Of a DNA stretch of 64,000 nt, positions 18,750 through 29,189 are shown one piece after another; position 1 is the stretch's first letter; the number at the start of each line of letters is the position of its first letter. The notes beneath the pieces are model-generated. The model saw only the letters and a program-made list of their open reading frames with translations, had not been told where the DNA came from and did not search any database. The stretch is from an uncultured Acidobacteriaceae bacterium (GTDB taxonomy: Bacteria; Acidobacteriota; Terriglobia; Terriglobales; Acidobacteriaceae). The translations under genes were made by a program, and so were the position numbers. Location: the NCBI GenBank assembly GCA_963793845.1, contig CAWCBG010000002.1, positions 743,562 to 807,561 on the forward strand, read 5' to 3'.

Positions 18750-21098
18750 ATGACCGCCATCTCTCCGATAACACGACTGGCTGTTCTTACTCTCCTCATT
18801 CTTAGTACCTCGCTTGCCCTGACCGCGCAGATGGTCGATCCAGCGATCGATAAGCCGAACGAGCCGTTCTCTTATTACAGTCAGCCGACCGATGTGATCG
18901 GCGTGATGGACGCGCCCGCGGGTACCGAGGTCACGCCGGAAGGCTTTCTCTATACCGGCTTCGGCGAGCTCATGTTTTTTGCCGGAGCGCCGGAGATGCC
19001 GATTCGCCAGCGGGTGAAGACCCTGTTGCATGGCTACCTGCCGGTGGTTGAATACACCTATCAGCAGAAGGGCATCTCCTACCAGTTCACTATGTTTGCG
19101 GCCACGCTCGACGGCAAGCCGGAAGGCACGCTAGTGAACTTCGTCCGTGTCACCATCAAGAATGAGAACGCCGCCAAGGCTACGGCGCAGTTTGCCGTGG
19201 GTGTCCGTTACCAGAACATGGTCAACGAATCCAACGGTGTTGGAGACAATCGCTTCAAGCGGCCGGCCACGCCGAAGCGGGTGGGCGAATACACGCAGAT
19301 CGGTGCCGAGTTCAATCCCAAGTGGGTTTATGGCTTCGACGGCAACGCCTTTCTGCGCGATGGGAAGGTGATGTACGTCTTTCCTGACTCGCCGAAGCCG
19401 AATCTTCGCCTCACATTGAAAGAGCCGTACAACTATGTGCCGGATCTTAAGCCGCGTGGGCTGCCGGTTTCCCGTAGCACGCCGGTCGGCATCGCGCACT
19501 ATCAGCTTCCTTTGGCTGGGGGTGAGCAAACCCAGCTGGTCTTCAAGATGCCCTATGTGCCGATGGAAAGCGCCAGTCCGGAGCTGGCGAAACTCAAGGA
19601 CGCGGGCTTCGATACCTATCTCAACAGCACGGTGAAATTCTGGGACGACCTGCTGGCCCGCGGTATCGACATCACAGTTCCGGAAGACAAGGTGAACGAC
19701 ACCTTCAAGGTGAATCTGATTTACGACTTGATCGCGCGCGACAAGATTGGCAATCAGTATGTGCAGACGGTGAACAAGTTTCACTATCACGCGTTCTGGC
19801 TGCGCGATTCGTCGTACATCATCCGCATGTATGACGTTTCTGGATATCACCAGTATGCGCAGCAAGATCTCGATTTCTTTGCCGGATGGCAGCTGCCGGA
19901 CGGGAACTTCGTTTCGCAGGGCGGGCAGTTCGACGGCTGGGGCCAGACCCTGTGGGCCTATGGCGAGCATTACCGCATCACTCACGACAAGAAGTTTGCC
20001 CAGCAGGTCTATCCCTCGGTACAGCGCGCGGTGGCGTGGCTGCAGAAGGCGAGGGAGTCCGATCCCCTGCACCTGATGCCTGCGACGACGCCCGGCGACA
20101 ACGAAGAAGTGACCGGCCACGTCACCGGCCACAACTTCTGGGCGCTGGGCGGCCTGAAGAACGCGATCATCCTGGCGCAGGCGGTCGGCAACGACGGCGA
20201 CGCCAAGGCTTGGCAGCAGGAATATGACAGCTATCACGCGGCGCTGATAAAAGTCCTCGATGAGGTGACCAGCAAGACAGGCGGTTACATTCCTCCGGGA
20301 CTCGAGGGGCAGCACGGGCAGGATTGGGGCAACATGATGGCGATCTATCCCGAGCCCATTCTGGAGCCTTTCGATTCGAAGGTGACCGCCACCTTGAAGG
20401 CGACTCGCGCCAAGTATGCCGAAGGCATCATGACCTATGGCGACGGCCGTTTTCTTCACCACTACATCACCATGAAGAACACCGATACCGAGATCATTCG
20501 TGGCGAGCAGCAGACGGCACTCGAAGAGCTGTACGCCATGCTGGTGCACACCAGCTCGACGCATGCCGGCTTCGAGTACGCGATTCGTCCCTGGGGCACG
20601 CGCGACTTCGGACTGAACCTCTCACCGCACGGCTGGTTTGCCGCCAAGTTCCGCACCACCGTGCGCAACATGATGGTGCGCGAGCAGGGTAACGAACTGC
20701 ACTTGATGTCGGTAATCTCTCCCGAATGGGTTCAGCCCGGCAAGAGCATTACGGTTCGCCGGGCGCCCACTAACTTCGGCGAGGTCAACTTCGAGTGGCA
20801 GGTGCCGCAGGAAGGCGAGAGCACGATCCGGCTCGACAATCATCTGAACTATCGCCCGGAGAAACTCGTTCTGCACGTGCCATGGTTCCTGGAAGTGCAG
20901 GAAGCCACGGCCGACGGTAAGCCGGTCACGGCGTCGAATGGAGCGCTCGAAATTCCGCTCGACACGAAGCAAGTCACGCTGCGCTGGAGCCACAAATCAG
21001 GGGCGCCGCAGATGAGCTATCAGAAGGCCGTGGACGACTACAAGGCGGAGTATCGACGCCGTTACGACGAGTTCGTGCAGGCGGGCGCCCAGCCGTAA
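18750..21098 (+). CDS. secreted hypothetical protein, possibly (alpha/alpha)6 six-hairpin glycosidase-like
   Basis: Long ORF with a signal peptide (LAVLTLLILSTSLALTAQ). FHYHAFWLRDSSYIIRMYD resembles the WLRDS motif of GH15-type barrels. The functional call is weak. Confidence 0.5.
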   Translation: MTAISPITRLAVLTLLILSTSLALTAQMVDPAIDKPNEPFSYYSQPTDVIGVMDAPAGTEVTPEGFLYTGFGELMFFAGAPEMPIRQRVKTLLHGYLPVVEYTYQQKGISYQFTMFAATLDGKPEGTLVNFVRVTIKNENAAKATAQFAVGVRYQNMVNESNGVGDNRFKRPATPKRVGEYTQIGAEFNPKWVYGFDGNAFLRDGKVMYVFPDSPKPNLRLTLKEPYNYVPDLKPRGLPVSRSTPVGIAHYQLPLAGGEQTQLVFKMPYVPMESASPELAKLKDAGFDTYLNSTVKFWDDLLARGIDITVPEDKVNDTFKVNLIYDLIARDKIGNQYVQTVNKFHYHAFWLRDSSYIIRMYDVSGYHQYAQQDLDFFAGWQLPDGNFVSQGGQFDGWGQTLWAYGEHYRITHDKKFAQQVYPSVQRAVAWLQKARESDPLHLMPATTPGDNEEVTGHVTGHNFWALGGLKNAIILAQAVGNDGDAKAWQQEYDSYHAALIKVLDEVTSKTGGYIPPGLEGQHGQDWGNMMAIYPEPILEPFDSKVTATLKATRAKYAEGIMTYGDGRFLHHYITMKNTDTEIIRGEQQTALEELYAMLVHTSSTHAGFEYAIRPWGTRDFGLNLSPHGWFAAKFRTTVRNMMVREQGNELHLMSVISPEWVQPGKSITVRRAPTNFGEVNFEWQVPQEGESTIRLDNHLNYRPEKLVLHVPWFLEVQEATADGKPVTASNGALEIPLDTKQVTLRWSHKSGAPQMSYQKAVDDYKAEYRRRYDEFVQAGAQP

Positions 21099-21125
21099 AG
21101 CCACAGGTACGCGAATCGCAGCAAC

Positions 21126-21156
21126 GAGGGGCACCCGATTCGCCCCTCTTCCGTTT
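21126..21156. terminator. bidirectional terminator hairpin between convergent genes
   Basis: gaggggc-acccgattc-gcccctc followed by ttccgttt. Confidence 0.5.
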
Positions 21157-21172
21157 GTCGCAGCCTTTCTGG

Positions 21173-22909
21173 TTACTGCCGGTGAGAAGCGTCGGCCTGC
21201 GGCGCGATCCGATCGGCGGTGGTGAAGATCGGTTCGATGTCTACGGGAACATCGCCAAGGCTATCGAGCGCCTTCTGGAACTCAGGACGAATCACGCCCA
21301 GTGTGTCCAGCATCTTTTTCGCGCCGTCGTAGTTGCCTTCGGCTTCCACCGTCAGCAGGTCATGCGTGAGATCGCGAACCGCAGGCTTGATCTTCAAATA
21401 GTTGACCGAGAAAGTACCGTCCTTGTGGGCGACGAAGCCTCCCTTGTCGAGCAGATAGTTCACCTGCATCGCCATGCCTTTGCCGTGGGCATCGTTCAGG
21501 CCGAATCGCAGGCTGCGGAACGAAGACGCGAGATACGTGGTGTACAGCCGCTTCTCGGACTGCGTGCCCGGCGTGAGCAGTCCGGTCAAGCCCATCTCCT
21601 TGACATGATCGAGCATGTACTGCAGGGCGAACAGTCCCGTCGCATCGGCCTTGGCCTCTTCAATCGCGCTATACAGCTCCTTTAGCTGCTCGCGCGGGGT
21701 CGTGCTTTTGCCGTTCACCGTAATCTGGTGCGGCCCCAGGCCGTGACACAGCTCGTGGGTCAGGATGTGCGTGAAGAACAGATCGAAGTTCACATCGGCC
21801 TGGTCGCTCTTCGCCAAAACGTGCTGTGAAATCGGAATCAGCGTCTTATCGAACTTGGCCTGCTGGATGTTCTTCAGCATCACCCGCTTGCTGCCCTTCT
21901 GCTGGATGACGCGCTCGTCATTGGGCAGGTTATAGGCTGCAGTCTGTACGCCATGATTGCCGTCGCCGGCGCTGATGACTTCATCCACCACGCGAATCGG
22001 CGCCTGGGCGCCCAGCTTGGGATTGCGATACTTCGGATCGATCGGCAGATTGTCTTCGATCTGCTGCAGATTTTTGGAGAAGGCCCCGAGCTTCGCGCTC
22101 TCCTTCTCATCGCGAAGGTTCACATAGGCCTCGTACGAGGCTTTGTAGCCGAACAGTTCGTCGTTGTAGGTCTCGTAGGGGCCGATGGTGATATCGAGAG
22201 GCGCGTCAAGGTCCATCCAGGCTAGGTCGCTCTCGTAGTAATCATTCGACAGAAAGGCATCGGCGCGGGTCGTGAGGAAGTACTTCAGCGTCGCATTGTC
22301 GGTCAGCATGGCCGCCTCGCGCAGCAGTTGCGCTGCGCGTTGCAGATTCGCCTTGTAGGCCTCGCTGAACGGCACAATCTTGAAGCCGCTCTTGCCGTCA
22401 GACTCAATCACGGTGAAAAAGCCGGTAGCCTGTTTCTGCTCGGAATCGGGCAGCGTCTTGAGCCAGCTCTCAAATTCGGTCTTGGTCATGGTCTCGGGGT
22501 AGAAGTTCGCGCCGGGCAGCTTATGTTCGGGCACACCGGGAAGGAACGCCGTATCGCCGTCCAGCGCTGACCACGGGCCTTTGTTGATCCAGAAGTAGTG
22601 CAGTCGAGCTTTGCCGAGGGGTGTCGTCTCTTTCTGAAGCTGCGCATAGAGCGCGTGATCGCCGCTCCAGTACTGCGTCATGAAGATATCGTCGATGATG
22701 CGGGCCGCTTCCACCAGCTTGACCAGCGCCTTACGATCACCTTCGGACAGGCCGCTGAGGTCGACATTCATTGCGGTGGGCGCGAAGCGAGCGGTCATCT
22801 TTTGCAGTTGTGCAAGGTCGGGGACTTTGGTCGCAAGTTGGGTATCGGCTGCTATGAGCATAAGGCTACTCGCTGTGCTGAAGAATATGAGAAGAATGGC
22901 GCATTTCAT
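21173..22909 (-). CDS. secreted zinc metallopeptidase of the dipeptidyl-peptidase III (M49)-like family
   Basis: Trimmed from the 804-aa ORF to MKCAILLIFFSTASSLMLIAA (signal peptide). Contains HELCHGLGP and EEAKADATG. Confidence 0.7.
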   Translation of the reverse strand: MKCAILLIFFSTASSLMLIAADTQLATKVPDLAQLQKMTARFAPTAMNVDLSGLSEGDRKALVKLVEAARIIDDIFMTQYWSGDHALYAQLQKETTPLGKARLHYFWINKGPWSALDGDTAFLPGVPEHKLPGANFYPETMTKTEFESWLKTLPDSEQKQATGFFTVIESDGKSGFKIVPFSEAYKANLQRAAQLLREAAMLTDNATLKYFLTTRADAFLSNDYYESDLAWMDLDAPLDITIGPYETYNDELFGYKASYEAYVNLRDEKESAKLGAFSKNLQQIEDNLPIDPKYRNPKLGAQAPIRVVDEVISAGDGNHGVQTAAYNLPNDERVIQQKGSKRVMLKNIQQAKFDKTLIPISQHVLAKSDQADVNFDLFFTHILTHELCHGLGPHQITVNGKSTTPREQLKELYSAIEEAKADATGLFALQYMLDHVKEMGLTGLLTPGTQSEKRLYTTYLASSFRSLRFGLNDAHGKGMAMQVNYLLDKGGFVAHKDGTFSVNYLKIKPAVRDLTHDLLTVEAEGNYDGAKKMLDTLGVIRPEFQKALDSLGDVPVDIEPIFTTADRIAPQADASHRQ

Positions 22910-23084
22910 AAGAGCTCTCCGGTTCCGGTGAGGCGACGTACAAACCTGCCATGATACCGTGGAAGCTTGTGCAGTGGCAGTGTCGCAGCGGCGCAGCTCG
23001 AATCCATTGAGCAAAGGCGATAGAATAGACCAACGAGTAAACAGGCGGCATTTTCCCGGTTTGGCCGTTGTGATCAGGTTATTC

Positions 23085-24245
23085 ATGAAGAATTTTTCTT
23101 TCGTTTTTCTTGCCGCATTCCTGGGAGCAACTGCGCTCGCAGGGCAGCAGATGCCTAACCCGCTGGCGCAAACCACTCCTCTTCCGGCAAATGAAACGGT
23201 GGTCGAGGAGATCATTGCGCGCATCAACAACAGCATCGTGACCCAAGCCGACCTGCGCAAGGCGCGCGAGCAACTGATCTCCGACATGCACCAGCAGGAT
23301 CCGAATACCACCGACCAGCAGATCAAACAGCATGAGTCCGATCTGTTGCGCGACCTGATCGACCAGCAACTGCTGCTGCAAAAAGGCGAATCGCTGAATA
23401 TATCGGCTGACACCGAGGTCATCAAGCGGCTGGACGACATCCGCAAGCAGATGCACGCCAATTCCCTGGAAGACGTAGAGAAGGCGGCGGTGGCCCAGGG
23501 AGTCTCGTTCGAGGAATTTAAGCAAAACCTCAAGAACAGCATCATCACCCAGCGCGTCATCGGAGACGAGGTCGGCAGCCACATCAATGTGACCCAGCAG
23601 GAAATTCAGGAGTTCTACGACGCGCACAAGGCGCAATTGGACCGCCCGGAGCAGGTACGATTGAGCGAAATCCTCGTCTCGACCCAGAGTCCCGCAGAGA
23701 AAGCCGCTGCCGGCGCCGCTGCCGCGCTTCCGGAAACACCCAGTCCGGAAGTGGTCGCCAAGGCCCAGGCCAAAGCCGGCGAGATCTACAAGAAGTTGCA
23801 GGGCGGGGCCAAGTTCGACGAGCTTGCCAAGCAGTTTTCCGATGGCCCGACCTCGGCCAATGGCGGCGACCTGGAATACTTCAAGCGCGGAACTTTATCC
23901 AAGGAACTGGAGCAGCAGGTCTTCGGTATGAAGGCCGGGCAGTACACCGAGCCGGTCCGCACGAACCAGGGGTTTGTGATTCTGGAAGTGACCGAGTACC
24001 AGGCGGCTGGAGTTCCTCCGTTGAAAGACGTGCAGGACATGATCCGGCAACAGGTGTACATGCAGAAGATGCAGCCGGCGCTGCGTGAGTACCTCACTAA
24101 GCTGCGCGAAGACGCCTACATCGACATCAAGCCAGGCTATGTGGACACTGGCGCGAGCCCGAATGAAACCAAGCCGATCTACACCACCGCAGCCGAACAG
24201 AACGCCAAGAAGCTCAAGAAGAAGAAGAAACTGGGGATTTTCTAG
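23085..24245 (+). CDS. SurA-like periplasmic chaperone / parvulin-type peptidyl-prolyl isomerase
   Basis: Signal peptide MKNFSFVFLAAFLGATALAGQQ, a SurA_N-like helical region, then a PpiC domain FSDGPTSANGGDLEYFKRGTLSKELEQQVFGMKAGQYTEPVRTNQGFVILEV. Confidence 0.75.
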   Translation: MKNFSFVFLAAFLGATALAGQQMPNPLAQTTPLPANETVVEEIIARINNSIVTQADLRKAREQLISDMHQQDPNTTDQQIKQHESDLLRDLIDQQLLLQKGESLNISADTEVIKRLDDIRKQMHANSLEDVEKAAVAQGVSFEEFKQNLKNSIITQRVIGDEVGSHINVTQQEIQEFYDAHKAQLDRPEQVRLSEILVSTQSPAEKAAAGAAAALPETPSPEVVAKAQAKAGEIYKKLQGGAKFDELAKQFSDGPTSANGGDLEYFKRGTLSKELEQQVFGMKAGQYTEPVRTNQGFVILEVTEYQAAGVPPLKDVQDMIRQQVYMQKMQPALREYLTKLREDAYIDIKPGYVDTGASPNETKPIYTTAAEQNAKKLKKKKKLGIF

Positions 24246-24392
24246 TTCGACTGCCATTTCGCCTGCAAGGTTTGCCCGGTCGGAATCCGATTCGTCGAGA
24301 TGCCCGACAACCACCCTTGCGGCTCGGATGTTTTTCTTCGAGACAATCCACAAGCCTTCTGCGATACCATGAAGCTATAACCACGTCCGCTC

Positions 24393-25586
24393 ATGAAGAA
24401 CTTTTACATCCGCGATTGCTCGCAGCAGGAAAACCAGACCATCACCTCGTTCTTCGTCGTTGCCTTGAAACAGGTGAAGTCGAAGAAGAATGGTGAACTC
24501 TACCTGTCGCTCATACTGGCCGACCGCAGTGGACAGCTGCAGGCGAACATGTGGGAGAACGTCTCCGAGTCCGTCAACGCCTTCGACCAGGATGATTTCG
24601 TCAAGGTGAAGGGCCTTGTCCAGAATTACAAGGGCCGGTGGCAAATCACGGTTCACAAGATCCGTAGGCTGGGCGATACCGAGGTCGATTACTCCGACTA
24701 TCTGCCCAAAACTACCAAGGACATCGATCAACTCTGGAAGACGCTCAGCGACTTTGTCGAGAGCTTTGAGAATCCATGGCTGAAGTCGCTGCTGAAGGAG
24801 TTCATGGCCGACGATTCGATCATGACCGCCTACCGCTGCGCCCCGGCCGCCAAGACCCTGCACCACGCCTTTGTGGGCGGCCTGCTCGACCACGTGGTGT
24901 CCCTGTTCACCGTCTGCGATCTGGCGGCCCGCAACTATCCGCAAGTGAATCGCGACCTGCTGCTGACCGGGGCCTTCCTCCACGACATCGGCAAGGTGCA
25001 TGAGCTGGCCTACCAACGCTCCATCAGTTACACCACCGAAGGTCAGCTGCTGGGACACATGATCATCGAGCTGGAAATGCTGCACGAGAAGCTCGGCCGC
25101 TTGCCCGGGTTTCCAGGCGAGCTAAAGATCCTGATCGAGCACATGATCATCAGCCATCACGGCCAATACGAGTTCGGCTCGCCCAAGCTGCCCATGTTTC
25201 CCGAGGCGCTCATGCTGCACTATATGGACGACCTCGACTCGAAGATGGAGGCCATGCGGGCCCAGTTCGAACGCGAAGGCGATCTGGACAGTGCCTGGAC
25301 CAGCTACAATCCGTCGCTGGCACGGCCCTTGCTGAATACCAGGAAGTTTTTGGAGAAGGGGCTGGCAGCCTACCGCGAAGTGGAGCCGGTGCGGACACCG
25401 TCCGAGGCAGCAACTTCGGAGACCGTCGAGCCCGCCCCTGCGGTCGAGACCGACGTAGCGGAGGTTGAGGCCGTGAGCGTGCCCGAGGCGGATACGGTGG
25501 CGGCAGGCGCCGGCAAACCAGAATCTCCGCTGGATGCGTTGCAGCGCAAGTTCGCCTCCCACAAGGTGACGCCAACTTCCAATTAG
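24393..25586 (+). CDS. OB-fold + HD-domain 3'-5' exoribonuclease, YhaM family
   Basis: N-terminal OB fold (LSLILADRSGQLQANMWE..VKVKGLVQNYKGRWQI), then HHAFVGGLLDHV..GAFLHDIGKV..ISHHGQYEFGSP. Confidence 0.7.
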   Translation: MKNFYIRDCSQQENQTITSFFVVALKQVKSKKNGELYLSLILADRSGQLQANMWENVSESVNAFDQDDFVKVKGLVQNYKGRWQITVHKIRRLGDTEVDYSDYLPKTTKDIDQLWKTLSDFVESFENPWLKSLLKEFMADDSIMTAYRCAPAAKTLHHAFVGGLLDHVVSLFTVCDLAARNYPQVNRDLLLTGAFLHDIGKVHELAYQRSISYTTEGQLLGHMIIELEMLHEKLGRLPGFPGELKILIEHMIISHHGQYEFGSPKLPMFPEALMLHYMDDLDSKMEAMRAQFEREGDLDSAWTSYNPSLARPLLNTRKFLEKGLAAYREVEPVRTPSEAATSETVEPAPAVETDVAEVEAVSVPEADTVAAGAGKPESPLDALQRKFASHKVTPTSN

Positions 25587-25614
25587 GTTGCGAGGCGGAT
25601 CGGGGTCGCGGGCC

Positions 25615-26181
25615 ATGAAAGGCAGTTCGAAAACCATGCCGGATATCGGTGCGATTTATATTGACGAAGCCTTCCGCAGCTTGCGCGGTCACAAGCATCT
25701 GGCCGATGACGCTATCGCGCAGCTCGACGATCAGCAGTTCTTCGCTATTCCTGATCCCGAGTCGAACAGCGTCGCCACCATCGTGAAACATATGGCCGGC
25801 AACATGCGTTCGCGCTTCACCGACTTTCTCACCAGCGACGGCGAGAAGCCCGACCGCAATCGCGATCAGGAATTCATCACTCATTCTGCCGCCAAGCGGG
25901 AGGATGTGCTGCGCCGCTGGGAGCAGTACTGGCAGCTGGTGTTCGAGACGCTCAACTCACTGCAGCCGGAAGACCTGACGCGGACGGTTACTATTCGTGG
26001 CGAACCGCATTCGGTCTTGCAGGCCATCAATCGCCAGGTCGCGCACTACGCTTACCACGTCGGACAGATCGCTTTCCTTGCGAAACACTGGAAAGGCGCG
26101 GACTGGAAGACCCTCAGCGTGGCCAAAGGCAAGAGCGAGCAGTTCAACGCCAAGATGCTGGTGAAGCGGCAAAAGGAATAG
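25615..26181 (+). CDS. DinB-superfamily protein (DUF1572-like)
   Basis: Four-helix-bundle pattern with H residues (VKHMAGNM..DRNRDQEF..QVAHYAYHVGQIAFLAKHWKG). Start is ambiguous (25588, 25615 or 25636). Confidence 0.6.
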   Translation: MKGSSKTMPDIGAIYIDEAFRSLRGHKHLADDAIAQLDDQQFFAIPDPESNSVATIVKHMAGNMRSRFTDFLTSDGEKPDRNRDQEFITHSAAKREDVLRRWEQYWQLVFETLNSLQPEDLTRTVTIRGEPHSVLQAINRQVAHYAYHVGQIAFLAKHWKGADWKTLSVAKGKSEQFNAKMLVKRQKE

Positions 26182-26206
26182 TCCGTTAGCCCAGTCTCGC
26201 TACGAT

Positions 26207-26258
26207 GTCATGCTGAGTGGAGGTGGCGTTTCGCCACCGCAGTCGAAGCACCCCTATG
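26207..26258 (+). repeat. repeat family A, short form
   Basis: gtcatgctgagtggaggtggcgtttcgccaccgcagtcgaagcacccctat, in a convergent intergenic gap. Confidence 0.7.
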
Positions 26259-26328
26259 GCTGGTGAAATCCTGATTGTGCCAATTTCCACCGAAATTGTA
26301 CTAGAGAGTTATCAGTGTTTGAAGCGTT

Positions 26329-27834
26329 CTATCCCTTCGTTCCCATCGCGTACAGATACTGGACATAGGATCGAGCCGCGCCGTCGATGCCCTGCACTTT
26401 CGGGTTCGCCGAATCGATCACGTAATACTCATCCGGAGCGTGCGCCCCGTTGCCGTGTCCGAGGCCGAAGTGCCCGGCCGGCAGATGCAGCGGGTCGCCA
26501 GTGAACACGTATCCCGGCCACGATCCGGCCAGCCGTGGCAGAAGAATCGGATCGATGTCCCACTCTTTGTAGACGGCAATCTGTTGCTGGATGAGCGGCG
26601 AGTCGCCTGAGGTACTGGTCGGGTCGTAGCCGCCCGTCATATTCACCTCGATGTCGCCGAAGCCCTTGTTCTTGAGGTGAGCCTTCAAGGCTGCCAACGC
26701 TTCGGCTGCGGTCATATCCGGCACCAGGCGAAGATCCATCTTGGCGACCGCCTTGTGCGGAAGGATGGTTTTGCCGCCCGGTCCCGTGTATCCACCCACC
26801 AGGCCTTCGATGTTCACCGTCGGATCCGCCACCAGCATTTCCAGCGCCTGCTGCCAGTCGGCGTCGTGTACCCACACCTTCACGCCCAGCTGCTGCTTGG
26901 CGACACTTTCATTGAGACGGCTGGCAGCGGTGGCCACCATCTTTTTCTCGGCTGCGGAGATAGGCCGCGCCTTGTTGGCGTAGTTGGCGATCGCCGGAGT
27001 ATTGCCATCGGGAGACACCAGCGTTGCCAAGGCGAGCACCAGATGCCACGCGGGACTGTCGACGCGCGCCTTGTTGCTGGAGTGAATGTCTTTGGTGGGC
27101 CCGCGCCCCCACTTCTCGCCACTCGATACCAGTTCCAGCTCCACCACGCCCTTGGCGCCGAGCGTCACAGTAACCATGCCATCAGGCCCCTGTGCTGCGA
27201 AGGGCATGAACACTCCATCGCACTTCTTCAGCGCAGTCAGTACTTCGGGACGGCGCACAACCTGCGGAAAGTGCGGCGAGCCGATTTCTTCCTCTCCCTC
27301 GGCAACGAAGACCAGGTTGACCGGCAGCTTCTTGCCCGCTCCTCGCATGGCGTGCAATGCGGCGAGAAATGTCGACTCGGGCCCTTTCTGGTTCACCGCG
27401 CCTCGTCCGATGACTACCTTGCCGAGTCCGGGCTTATCGACCAACGCGGCTTCAAATGGAGGCGACGACCACTCGGCCGGATCCGCCTGCTTCACGTCGT
27501 ACATGAAGTAGAGCCCGACGGTGCGCGGCGCGCCGGCATCGAGCGTGGCAAAGACGCCCGGCTGGCCATCGGTAGGAATTTGGGTCACACCGGAGAAGCC
27601 CGCATCCTTCAGCAGGTCCATCATCATGGTGCAACCCTGCTGCATGCCGCGATTCTCCGCCGCAATCGATGGCTGCCGTATCCACGCTTGCAGGCGCTGT
27701 ACCGATTCGTCATGCCGCTTGGTGATCTCGGTCCACACCACGTTGAGGTCCTGCTGTTCGGCCCACGACAGCCGCGGCAAAGCCATCGCCGCAGCACTGA
27801 CTGCTGCACCCTGAAGGAAGTCACGTCGGTTCAT
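26329..27834 (-). CDS. Tat-exported M20-family metallopeptidase/dipeptidase
   Basis: MNRRDFLQGAAVSAAAMALP twin-arginine signal. M20 pattern YDVKQADP, GRGAVNQKGP, FVAEGEEEIGS and HAPDEY. Confidence 0.8.
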   Translation of the reverse strand: MNRRDFLQGAAVSAAAMALPRLSWAEQQDLNVVWTEITKRHDESVQRLQAWIRQPSIAAENRGMQQGCTMMMDLLKDAGFSGVTQIPTDGQPGVFATLDAGAPRTVGLYFMYDVKQADPAEWSSPPFEAALVDKPGLGKVVIGRGAVNQKGPESTFLAALHAMRGAGKKLPVNLVFVAEGEEEIGSPHFPQVVRRPEVLTALKKCDGVFMPFAAQGPDGMVTVTLGAKGVVELELVSSGEKWGRGPTKDIHSSNKARVDSPAWHLVLALATLVSPDGNTPAIANYANKARPISAAEKKMVATAASRLNESVAKQQLGVKVWVHDADWQQALEMLVADPTVNIEGLVGGYTGPGGKTILPHKAVAKMDLRLVPDMTAAEALAALKAHLKNKGFGDIEVNMTGGYDPTSTSGDSPLIQQQIAVYKEWDIDPILLPRLAGSWPGYVFTGDPLHLPAGHFGLGHGNGAHAPDEYYVIDSANPKVQGIDGAARSYVQYLYAMGTKG

Positions 27835-28080
27835 GGAGTGGAACGATAAATGGCAAGAAGCATTCTGTCCAGAGAATCGGACAATGCGAGCTGAAGAAGC
27901 TTAGCGCTAGTCACAACGCGCGAGAGACTGCATGGTCAAACGTGACGCACTTGAGTCTGTGATGCGGACACTCGCGTCCGCACACCTTCGCCATGCTAGA
28001 ATTGCGGGTTTGCCCACCACTTTCACTTCTTGCTGGGCTGACGTATCGCCGCGCGGTTGGGCGGCCTACGAGCTATCTTC

Positions 28081-29133
28081 ATGCCAAATACTATGCTTGC
28101 TGTGGTAAAGCCGGAGCCCGCTCCGGGCATCGAAATCCGCGAAGTTCCCAAACCTAAATTCGGATCGGGCGACGTTCTGGTGAAGGTCCAGGTTGCCTCC
28201 ATTTGCGGCACCGACCTGCACATATACAACTGGGACCAATGGGCTCAACGCCGCATTCATCCCCCGCTCATTCCCGGGCACGAGTTCTGCGGCATGGTCG
28301 AGGCCGTCGGTCACGAGGTGACCAGCGTTAAGGAAGGTGACTTCGTCTCCGCCGAGATGCACGTGGCTTGCGGCAAATGTCTGCAGTGCCGCACTGGCGA
28401 GGCGCACATCTGCCAGCACGTGAAGATCATCGGCGTGGACGCCAACGGCGCGTTCGCCGAATACGTCGTCATACCCGAGACCAACATCTGGAAGCTGGAC
28501 CCGTCGATTCCCGAGGACTACGCCTCGATCCTCGATCCGCTCGGCAACGCCGTGCACACCGTGCTGGCGGGCGACATTGCCGCCAAGAGCGTTGCCATCA
28601 CGGGTTGTGGACCGATCGGATTGTTTTCCATCGCGGTGGCACGAGCCTGCGGAGCCACTCAGATATTTGCCCTCGAAGTTAACGAGCATCGCCGCAAGAT
28701 CGCCCTGCAGATGAAGCCCGATTTCGTTCTCGATCCCACCAAAGACGACGTCTACAGCATCGTCATGGATAACACCGGAGGCACGGGCGTCGATGTAGTG
28801 CTGGAGATGGCGGGACGAACCGAAGCCATCCGGCTGGCGTTCAAGATTCTGCGGCTGGGCGGGCGGGTGTCGCTGCTGGGAATTCCGTCCAAGCCGGTTG
28901 AGCTTAACTTCGCGGATGACCTGATCTTTAAAGGCGCAACTGTGCAGGGCATCAACGGCCGCAAGATGTACCAGACCTGGTATCAGATGACTGCGCTGCT
29001 CAAGGCCGGCATGCTCGATCTGCACCCCGTGATCACCGACCGCATTGCCATGAAGGATTTCGCCGCCGGCATGGAGCGGCTGAAGACCGGCGAGGCGAGC
29101 AAGATACTGGTCTACCCGGACGGGCCGAGGTAG
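28081..29133 (+). CDS. tdh: L-threonine 3-dehydrogenase
   Basis: Zn-dependent MDR pattern ICGTDLHIY..GHEF.G, the structural-zinc CGKCLQCRTGEAHIC, and ITGCGPIGL. Followed by kbl. Confidence 0.85.
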   Translation: MPNTMLAVVKPEPAPGIEIREVPKPKFGSGDVLVKVQVASICGTDLHIYNWDQWAQRRIHPPLIPGHEFCGMVEAVGHEVTSVKEGDFVSAEMHVACGKCLQCRTGEAHICQHVKIIGVDANGAFAEYVVIPETNIWKLDPSIPEDYASILDPLGNAVHTVLAGDIAAKSVAITGCGPIGLFSIAVARACGATQIFALEVNEHRRKIALQMKPDFVLDPTKDDVYSIVMDNTGGTGVDVVLEMAGRTEAIRLAFKILRLGGRVSLLGIPSKPVELNFADDLIFKGATVQGINGRKMYQTWYQMTALLKAGMLDLHPVITDRIAMKDFAAGMERLKTGEASKILVYPDGPR

Positions 29134-29189
29134 GACCGAGCCTCGTGTGACACGAGCTACAATATTGAGCGGCACATCGGAGTGATTCC

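Noticed and set aside
22910-23587. An upstream 226-codon extension of the M49-like peptidase ORF (804 aa). The 379-aa pyrR ORF extension (34077..34634) is a similar case.
   Set aside because: The extensions are Ser/Cys/Arg-rich, overlap real genes on the other strand (the SurA-like gene; the zinc-ribbon protein gene), and precede clear native starts (a signal peptide; MTVPSTRPP).
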